A stretch of 45,875 bases of DNA, from positions 1 to 45,875 of the IMG/VR virus record IMGVR_UViG_3300042196_000317, one strand, 5' to 3'. Every line of letters begins with the position of its first letter. The first letter of the stretch is position 1. The position numbers and the translations under genes were made by a program. Source of the stretch: a virus. Lineage: Duplodnaviria; Caudoviricetes. This document shows positions 8,185-16,700 of the stretch, one piece after another. The notes beneath the pieces were generated by a model, which did no database searches, was not told where the DNA came from, and saw only the letters and a list, made by a program, of their open reading frames with translations.

Positions 8185-8424
8185 ATGACCAGTACCGAAC
8201 TCTCAAGGCTCGTCGGCCGCAGGGGCGTCGCCCGATGGGTTACCGGCTCGAAGGACGCGCTCCTCGTGCCAGTCGTCACCTTGGACGCCCGCAAGGCGTA
8301 CGGCCGCGTCGACGTGCTCGTGCGACCGCTGGCCCCCAACGACGCCTTCGCCTGGCGCGACGGCGAGCTCGGGAGCGCGTGGATCTCTGAAGAGGCCCTC
8401 GAGCTCGAGGAGGCGACATCATGA
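8185..8424 (+). CDS. Hypothetical phage protein
   Basis: VVTLDARKAYGRVDVLVRPL; operon packing. Confidence 0.65.
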   Translation: MTSTELSRLVGRRGVARWVTGSKDALLVPVVTLDARKAYGRVDVLVRPLAPNDAFAWRDGELGSAWISEEALELEEATS

Positions 8425-8729
8425 CCGTGCGATTCGCGAAGCTCACCCGTGAGGAGCACGAGGCATCCGAGAAGATCGCGCGCCGGTTCCTGGCGCTGGG
8501 GTTCCTGGCGCTGACTGACCTCCCGAGTTTCACCCCGCTCGACATCGTGATGGACCTGTCGGCGGTCCACGCGCACACGCCGCTTCGGCTGGAGGAGCTC
8601 GCCGAGGCCGACGACTTCAATCTCGCGCACGACGTGTGCGGCATTCAGCGGCACCTCGATCGCCGCACGGGCAAGCTCGGCGGGTGCTTCGTACCCCGCT
8701 ACGCGGTGCCAGCCGGGAGGCGGCCATGA
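8421..8729 (+). CDS. Conserved small phage protein (DUF6874-like)
   Basis: MDLSAVHAHTPLRLEELAEADDFNLAHDVCGIQRHLDRRTGKLGGCFVPRY. Confidence 0.7.
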   Translation: MTVRFAKLTREEHEASEKIARRFLALGFLALTDLPSFTPLDIVMDLSAVHAHTPLRLEELAEADDFNLAHDVCGIQRHLDRRTGKLGGCFVPRYAVPAGRRP

Positions 8730-8983
8730 ACATCGCGAGCCTGCCGATCACCGAGAGGGCGCCCGAACCGCAGCCATCGTGCTTCGGCTGCGGGAAACCG
8801 CGTAAGGCGACGTACGACCTGGTCGATGACAAGGGCGTCCGCACATACGGGCGGGGTGCCGTCAGCCGCGTCTTCGGAGGCTGGGCCGGATACGGGCACT
8901 TCTGCACGACGACGTGCGCGGTCCGATATGCGAATTGGATCGTGGAGCACCACGGGATCCGGCTGAAGGCCCGCACGAGGTAG
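8726..8983 (+). CDS. Hypothetical Cys-containing protein
   Basis: CFGCGKP...GYGHFCTTTCA; ATGA-coupled. Confidence 0.6.
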   Translation: MNIASLPITERAPEPQPSCFGCGKPRKATYDLVDDKGVRTYGRGAVSRVFGGWAGYGHFCTTTCAVRYANWIVEHHGIRLKARTR

Positions 8984-8988
8984 GTCAC

Positions 8989-9024
8989 GGGGCCGGGGGG
9001 AAACCCGACTTGTCCCCCGGCCCC
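8989..9024 (+). terminator. GC-rich hairpin (possible terminator or processing site)
   Basis: GGGGCCGGGGG...CCCCCGGCCCC, an 11-bp stem just after the 8983 stop; there is no U-tract. Confidence 0.4.
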
Positions 9025-9050
9025 CCACCCCCCTACTTGGAGGTCACCCC

Positions 9051-9989
9051 ATGCGACGCAACGAGTTGGTCCTGCACCCTGCGTGCGAGGCGCTGCCCGC
9101 TCTACCAACGGCCCGCTATGACGAGCTGGTCGAGAGCATCCGCGTGAACGGTCTCGAGGACGCGATCGTCACCCACGAGGGCCAGGTCCTCGACGGTCGT
9201 CACCGCCTCCTTGCCTGCGCGGACGCCGGGGTCGAGCCGCGCTTCATCGAGTGGGACGGACGCGGCGGCGAGCCCGTCGGCTTCATCGCGCTGAAGCAGA
9301 TCCGGCGCGACATGACGACGAGCCAGCGGGCGGCGTGGGCCGCCGAGTTCCTGCTGCCCGCCGAGGAAGAGAAGGCGGCCGCGCGACAGGCGAGCCACGG
9401 GGCAGCACCCGGACGCGCCGCGAACACTTCCGGAAACGTTGCCGGAAGTGATGTCGGCGAGGCCCGCGACAAGGCCGGCGAGGCCGCCGGGGTGTCGGGT
9501 CGGAGCGTTGGTACGGCGAAGAAGGTCCGCGACGCCGACGCAGCGCTCTTCGATGAGGTGAAGGCCGGGACCATGACCCTGCCCGAGGCGGCCCGTCGCG
9601 CGACGCTCAACAAGAAGCTGACGGAGTTCCCGGAAGACGAGCGCGGGCGAGCGGGCGCCTTCCTGCACCACGTCATCGCTGAGGGCAACCACAGCTCCAC
9701 TGCGGTCGAGTTGGCTGACAACCTGCTCGCGAAGCCCGCCGAGGACCGCCTGCGCATCTACGTGTTCCACGAGAGCGAAGACCCGCGCGAGCAGTCCCTA
9801 GCGTTGACTGAAGCTGCTAATCTCCCGCCGATGCCGCATCCGGCGCTCCCTCACCTCAGAGACGCGGGCCGGGCGATCGCGAAGGCGCGGCGGTACTTCA
9901 ACGGCGACGCGTCCAGCGAACGACTCAAGGTCGTGCGCTCCGAGATCGACGCAGTGATCTCCACCCTCCAGGAAGGTGCCCAGCCATGA
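9051..9989 (+). CDS. ParB/Srx N-terminal domain protein with HTH
   Basis: HPACEALP...YDELVESIRVNGLEDAIV..EGQVLDGRHRLLAC...RRDMTTSQRA...ARDKAGEAAGVSGRSV. Confidence 0.8.
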   Translation: MRRNELVLHPACEALPALPTARYDELVESIRVNGLEDAIVTHEGQVLDGRHRLLACADAGVEPRFIEWDGRGGEPVGFIALKQIRRDMTTSQRAAWAAEFLLPAEEEKAAARQASHGAAPGRAANTSGNVAGSDVGEARDKAGEAAGVSGRSVGTAKKVRDADAALFDEVKAGTMTLPEAARRATLNKKLTEFPEDERGRAGAFLHHVIAEGNHSSTAVELADNLLAKPAEDRLRIYVFHESEDPREQSLALTEAANLPPMPHPALPHLRDAGRAIAKARRYFNGDASSERLKVVRSEIDAVISTLQEGAQP

Positions 9990-10417
9990 CCGACTTCGAC
10001 AGCGCCCGCGCGATCCAGCTCTACCACGAATACGGCGACCTCAGCTTCAACACGTGGGCTCGGGTGTGCCTGGATCACGGTGTCTTCTCCGAAGCCTTCA
10101 AGGCTCAGGCCGCCTTCCGGCGCGCGTGCTCGACACTGAAGCAGTTCGCGCGCGAAGAGGACGCCGAGACCGGGCTCCCGCGTCTCGGGCAGACGACGAA
10201 GACTGACGAGGCCGGCGACCCGATCATCCGCCAGCCCGAGTTGTGGGACCGCGACGACGCGCTCCTGCACATCCGGGTCAGGCTGGAGAACCGCAACGCC
10301 CAACACCTGCGTCTTATCAAGATCGTCGAGTGGTTCGAGGACCGATTCGGCGGCCCGTGCCCGTACCGCGCACAGATCGCCCGCCTGCCCGATTGCGACT
10401 ACGACGACACTGCTTGA
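9986..10417 (+). CDS. Hypothetical protein coupled to the ParB-like gene
   Basis: ATGA overlap; 143-aa ORF. Confidence 0.65.
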   Translation: MTDFDSARAIQLYHEYGDLSFNTWARVCLDHGVFSEAFKAQAAFRRACSTLKQFAREEDAETGLPRLGQTTKTDEAGDPIIRQPELWDRDDALLHIRVRLENRNAQHLRLIKIVEWFEDRFGGPCPYRAQIARLPDCDYDDTA

Positions 10418-10421
10418 GTCA

Positions 10422-10456
10422 CCTCCAGGGGACCCGCCTCCGGGCCCCGGGGGGGG
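10422..10456. terminator. Hairpin between convergent early and late transcription units
   Basis: GGGG-A-CCCG-cctc-CGGG-CCCC stem, extendable by CCTCC/GGGGG, in the 40-nt gap between convergent stops. Confidence 0.45.
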
Positions 10457-10741
10457 CTATCTCGTCTGGTCGGGATGGTGTGTCGGCCCGACCCCGCCGG
10501 TCGCGCTGTGGTTCGTCCTAGCGAAGTAGAAGCCGATTATCAGGAAGATCATCGAGGACAGCGTGGTCGGGATCGGAGCGCGCGGCCCGCCGACGAGTGA
10601 GTCGTGGACCATGATCCACACGCCGCCACCGATGGTCACGAGCGCGATGAGCGACTGCGTGATCTCCCATATCAGGTTGATCCTCCGCTGCCCCTGGGTG
10701 CGGAGTGTGGTCTCGAGCTCTTTCGCTTGCGAGTCGTCCAT
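10457..10741 (-). CDS. Holin-like two-TM membrane protein
   Basis: Two hydrophobic segments (SLIALVTIGGGVWIMV; TLSSMIFLIIGFYFA); last gene of the late module; ATG at 10741 follows GGGAGG. Confidence 0.55.
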   Translation of the reverse strand: MDDSQAKELETTLRTQGQRRINLIWEITQSLIALVTIGGGVWIMVHDSLVGGPRAPIPTTLSSMIFLIIGFYFARTNHSATGGVGPTHHPDQTR

Positions 10742-10786
10742 TGATACGAGGCCCTCCCGCCAAGGCTCGAGCTTGAGCATAAGACG

Positions 10787-13700
10787 TTAATCGCCGGGGA
10801 GTTGGCGGCCGAGCACGCTCTGAGCGATCCGCCGGGCCTCGAGGCCGAGCTCGTCGACAGCCTGCCGCTTCTCTTGGGACGTCATGTCCGGATCGCGCCG
10901 GATCGCCTCGAGCTGCGCCCTCAGCTCCGCCAGGTCGTCGGCCGCCGCGCGCAGGTCGGGCTCACGTGACCGGAGCTCGGCCATCTCGGGGTCGTTGAGC
11001 TCACGCTCGTACGCCTCCGCGTCCTGGATCCGATCGAGGAAGCGCAGGCTGTTCACGGCGACGCGCGCCTGCTGGTGGAGCTGGTAGAAACGCTCGACCG
11101 ACTCGGAGCTGAAGCCGGCCTGCGGGTCAGTGACACCGCGGATGCCGGGGAGCTCGGTGAACCGCTTGCCGATCTCGGGCACGTCGGGCTCCTGGAGGAA
11201 CGGCACGCGGCCCTCGAGCAGGGGATCGGTGACTTCCGTCGCGAGCCGACCGAGCCCTCCCGTCCAGGCGAAGAGCAGGTTGTCGATCTGGCGAGGGCTC
11301 CCGACGACGTCCTCGAGGATCGGCGCGCCCGACGTCCAGCGCGCGAGCATCTTCGCCGCTTCCGACGTGTACGGCCCGGCCTGGAGCTCCGGGTGGATCT
11401 CCTGCTCCGAGCGCGGCACGATCGGCCGACGCAGGAAGAAGCTGTAATTGACCGCGTTCTCGAGGAGCGGTTGAATCGCGTTCGGCGTCGGGATCGTGCC
11501 CGTGACCTCGCCCTTCACGAGCTCCTCGAGGAAGCCGCGCAGCTCGTGGCCACCCCCGGGTCCTCCGATCGCTGAGTCGAGGATCCGCACGGGCAGCGTA
11601 CCGAAGACCAGGCCGAGCTCGAACGGCTTGGGGATCGCCGCGAAGCTGTCACCGATCTTGATGAGCCAGAACAGGTCGCGCTTCCACTGAGGCTGCTCCC
11701 AATAGTCGGGGTCGTCCATGTTCGCGTAGTACTCGAGGAGCGACGGCATCGTGATGATCCCGAATGCCTTCGCGGCGAAGCGCCGCGGGTTGCTCTTAGC
11801 GGCTCTGAACATCCGGTCGTACCCCTGGAGCCGAGCGTTCCAGAACGCGCTCAGGTTGCGCACCGCGGCCGTCTTGGCCCCATGCCGGGCGAAGTCGATC
11901 GAGACCTCCCGTGACGCGAGGGCCGCGCGCTGGAGCGCCTGCTTCGAGGTGCCGAGCTTCTTCCTCGCGCGGAGGAACTCGCCCATACGCGTACCGTCCT
12001 CGAGGAGCGCGCTGAGCGCCTGGAGCGCGTCGAACGGGTGTTTGATGACGTTCTCCACGCCGCCGGCCTCGACGAGCTGGCGCACCGACGCTTGCATGGT
12101 GTTGCGATCGAGGGACGTGAGCGCCGCACGGTAGCCGCCGGCGCTGAGCCACTGCTGGTAGGCGTCGCCCTTCCGGAGCAGCTCGAACATGCCGCGGGCG
12201 AGGTCCAGGCCGGGCACGATGCCGTATTCAGACTGGATGAACGCGGCGACCTGGTCGCGCGCCGGGTTCCGGATCAGGAACTCGGGCGCGAGCGTCGCGC
12301 CGGCGCGCAGCGTGCGGGCGGGCAGGCCGAGGAAGCGAGCCCAACCGTCGAGCTGCTCACGGTTCAGCCCCTCGAGCGACGCGTAGAGCTCGGCGTCGAC
12401 CTCGTAGTACACACGCTTGCCCTCGCGCAGGACCGAGATCGTGTTCTGGCGGCCCATGAAGTCGCCCGGCCGGTAGAAGGCCAGGATCTCCTCGGCCGGG
12501 TCCTCGAGCACGATCCCTGACGCGGCAACCTCCTCCGGTGTCATCCCGGCCGTCGCCGCCTCGTAGCGCTTCTTCGCCTTCGCCCGAGCCTCGCCGAGGA
12601 GCTGGTCCGCACCGGGCAGCACGTCCTCGAGCTGCTTCTCGATCTCGCCGAGCCGGAACTGGCTGCGCTTGATCGGCGTTCCGAGCTCCTCGAGGATCGG
12701 GCCGACGCCCTCCTTGTCGGCGAGCGCCGCGAGCGCGCGTGATACCTGCTGCTTCTGCGCGACCTGCGTGTAAAGCAGCGCGTTCTTGGCCAGCGATTCC
12801 AGCGGATCGATCACGTCTCGGCCCGAGCCCTTGAGCTGCTTGATCGGGCTGAACAGGTGACCGTAGGTCTCGCCGAGCCCTCCCGCGCGGCCACCCTCGA
12901 TCACGCGGTAGAAGGGCACGTACGACTGATTCAGGTCGAGGATCGCCTTGTAGGAATCCGGGCTCACCACGCCGGCGTCGCGCAGGTAGCGGAGCAGCGA
13001 CTCGTTCCACTTCTGGATCCCGTCGAAGGCGCGCGTGAACGTCCGACCGTGCTTCGCCTCGAGCTGGCGGACGGCCGAGTCGACGTCCTCCGCGCGGAAG
13101 CCGGTCATCTTGTCGCGCGTGTGGAGCTCCTGCGCTCGCCGACTGACCATGTAGAGCCGGAAGTCGTCGAGGTCCGGCTTCACCGGCCCGAGGACCTCCG
13201 CGAGCGCCGGCCCGACCTTCTTGAGCGTGTGGAAGTTCAGGCTTCCGTGCTCGAGGAAGTGCATCCCGACGCCGACCGAGCCACGTACGAGCCGCGCGAG
13301 CGCGTCAGCCTCCTCGGCGAACGAGTCGATCCCGACCGTCTCACGGATCGCCTGCGTGATCCGGCGCACGGGCTCCATGTCGTCGATCACCGAGGTCCGG
13401 AAGCGAGACCACCGATCGGCGACCGTGAGGACCTCCACCTCCCGGTCGCCCACGCTGACCTTCGAGCTGATCCGCGAGAGCGCGTCCGACTCGCGGTACC
13501 GGCGCCAGTCCTCCCGGGCGAGCCCCCACGCTTCGGTGAGCTCGGGGAAGCCGGTGAGCCGCTGCTCGATGAACGCGAGCGTCTGCGGCGCCTCGCGGCC
13601 GAGCGCATCCGGGTTATCGAGGTAGCGGCGCCAGACCTCGGCCCATCCCTCACGCAGCTTGTCGGGCTGGCCGATCGCGTCCGAGAGCGCCTGGAGCTCG

Positions 13701-16700
13701 CCGCGGATCGCACCCGGTAGGACCTTCAGGTCGGCGTCAGACAACGCACCCGCCGGCGTCGTGCCGAAGAAGAGCTTGTGCATCGCGTGGCCGGCCTCGT
13801 GCCCGAAGACCGGGACGTCGCTGATGTCGATCTGGCGCACGACCTGGGCGCGCGTCTTGAAGATGCCGAGCGCGCCCCGGAGCGGCCCCTTGCCTCGCAC
13901 CTGGCCGGCCGCCGTCTTCAGCCCGAGCCCGAGACCCGCGCCCTCGAACGCCTCCGACATCGCAGCCGACAGGCCCTCGACGATCGCGATCGGGCTCACC
14001 AGGTCGGCCGATGCCGCGGCCGGGTCGTCGTAGAACTTGCCCGCGGAGGGGAGGCGCTCACCCGCCTGCGCGGCCGGCGCGAGCGCGTCGACCGCCTCGC
14101 CGGTACGGACCCGGCGCAGCGTCGGGTTGAGCGTCTCGAGCGCGCGGCGCGCGGTCGGGCTCGGCCCGCGTCGGCCCATCCCACGCAGGCCGAAGCCCGC
14201 GCCGAGCGACGCGCCGAGGAACGCGGCCAGCACCGGGTCGACGTCGAGCTCGTCGGACGATGCCGCACCGGCGACCGCGCCGATCGCCGCGCCGCCGGCT
14301 GGGCGGATGAGCGCCGGGTGCGCGAAGCCGAGCCGTTGGCCCTTCTCAGCCACCTTCGCGGCCAGCTCGTCGGTGATCTCGAAGCCGAGATTGGTCGGTG
14401 GCGCCTTGTACGCCGGCACGGCCAGGATCTCTTCGAGGATCGCCGGCGTGAACGCACGATCCCACGCGGCCTGGCCCTCCGCCTTGGCTTCGTCGGTGAA
14501 AGTCCCGAGCAGCTCGTCAAAGTAGCGACGTCTCCCCCGCTCGAGCGCGTCCTCGCCACTGAGACCGTCCGCGAACGCGTGCCTGATGGCCTCACTCGCG
14601 TCGTAAATCTGCCGACCGAACCCGCCCTCGATCATGGAAGTGCGGAGCTTGCTGAGCTCAGGCAACAAGCCAGGCATCGAGGGCCCTTGCATGGAGACCT
14701 CGCTGATCCATCGACCACCGACGACCGCACCCGTGCCTGGTAGCGTCACGGCCTCGATCTGCACGTCGACGCCGAGCTCCTTGAGCAGGCGCCGAGCCTC
14801 TTTGACCGCGATGTCGTTGTAGAGCTTGTTATGACCGCGGCCTCCGATCTGCGTGTTCTCGTCGAGCTCAAGCTGGTGCGGGCCCTCCACTCGTGGCGCG
14901 GCGACGTCGCCGAAGGCCGACGCGGCCCAATCGTCGTACTGCTGGAGGACCTCGTCCGCGTCTCCGACGAGCTCGATGAGCTCCTCGCGAACATCGTTTA
15001 TGAGCACGAGCCTGATCGGCCCATCCGCTAGCACTCTGCCCGGGCGACCCTCTCGATAATCCGGCGTCGCGACGAGCATGTGGCCGCTGGGGTAGCTGTG
15101 ATAATCAGAGCGGCTCTGCATGTCGATGAGTTGGCGCGCGGGGGGAGACGCCCCCACGACAGCACGGGACTGTGCGAGCAGCTTCTCGGCGAGATCCTTT
15201 CCGATCGCGTCGCGCAGCGTCCTGGGGTAGGACCTGGGTTCGATGCGAGCCAAGCCGGTGGAGGCGTCGACGAACACCTCGGGATCCGCCTCGACCGGGT
15301 AGATCTCGTTAACCGTCTGTCGTCCGTTGGCGTCGAACCCGAGGAGCCGGCCGGTCGTCGGATCGTACTCGAGGCGCCGGATCCCGAACTGTGCGAGGCT
15401 GTAGTTCATCCCCGCCTGCTCGCCGGACGCCCACGTGAAGAAGCGCGCACCGCGGTCGATCGCCTCGACGAGCTCGCGCCGCAGCATCACACCCGTCCAC
15501 TGATTCGTCGACTTCCACGGAGCGTCGGGCACCGCGCGGGGGCGGGTCATCGCCACGTGCTCGGCCGCAGCGGGCGACGCACCGTGAGCGCGCACACGCT
15601 GGGCTCCGTCCTGGACCACGTAGCGCCAGTCCTCCGCGCTACCGAGAGCGTCCATGTCGCCCCGCTTCAGCTCATCGGCCAGCTCGGGTCGACCGTACGC
15701 CTTCGCCAGCCAGTCGGCGTCGCCGGCAGGATCGAACTCGCGCACGGTCCAGCCGGCAGGCATTTGCGTCTCGCGGTAGCCTTCCTTCCGGCCGACCTGG
15801 TGGTGGTCAGCCTGGCGCTCCTCGACGTGGTACACCGGCCCTATGTCTGAGCGGTCGAGCCTCACAGCCTCATCTCGCATCTTCGCGCGGGTGAAGCCCA
15901 TCACGCCCGGCTGTGGGAAGTGCTCGGACTTCACGAACGTGCTACCGCGCAGCTTGACCAGGAGCTCGTGGTAATCGTAGCCGCCAGGCTGCTGATAGTT
16001 GTCCGGGAACCTGGCGCCGCCTTCGCCGGCGCGCTCCTCCCCGAACGCCTCGACCTCACTTCTGTAACCCACGACCTCATCCATCACGCGTTCGAGCTCG
16101 ACCTGCATCTCCTCGATCTCTTCGGCGAGATCGGTGAGCGCGACCACGCGGTCCTCGACGTCATGGAAGACGCGACGCGGAACGGCATCCATCACATCGT
16201 CGATCTCGTTGTAGCCGAGGTGTGGGTTGTGCTGCCTCAGCGCCTCGGTGACCCGGAGCTCGAGCGCCTCGATGACTCTTCCCGGGGTACGCTCGCCCTC
16301 CCTGACCATGTCCGTGGCGGCCGTGAATAGATCGTCGAGCAGCGAGTCGCGCGGATGCCGTACCCGCATTTCGTCGGGCGGGCGATCAAGCGGGAGATGA
16401 TCGACCCACTCGAGGAGCCCGTCGTAGACATCCGTCTCGATGGCGTCGCGACCCACGCCGCCCGCGTCGTAGTCATCGATCCGCGCCATCAGGTCCAGCT
16501 CTTCGGACTCGGCTTCAGCGAGGCGCTCCCGCGCCTGCTCGAGGTCGTACAGCGCGTCCGGGTCGGCGTCCTCCGTGAGCACCTCCTCCTCGAGCCGCGA
16601 ACGGAGCCCGTGCTCACGCACGATTCCTTGGAGGTCCTCCGTCGTGTACTGCGTCTTCTCCGACCCGACCCACGACATGCGACGACTTATCAGCTCGAGC

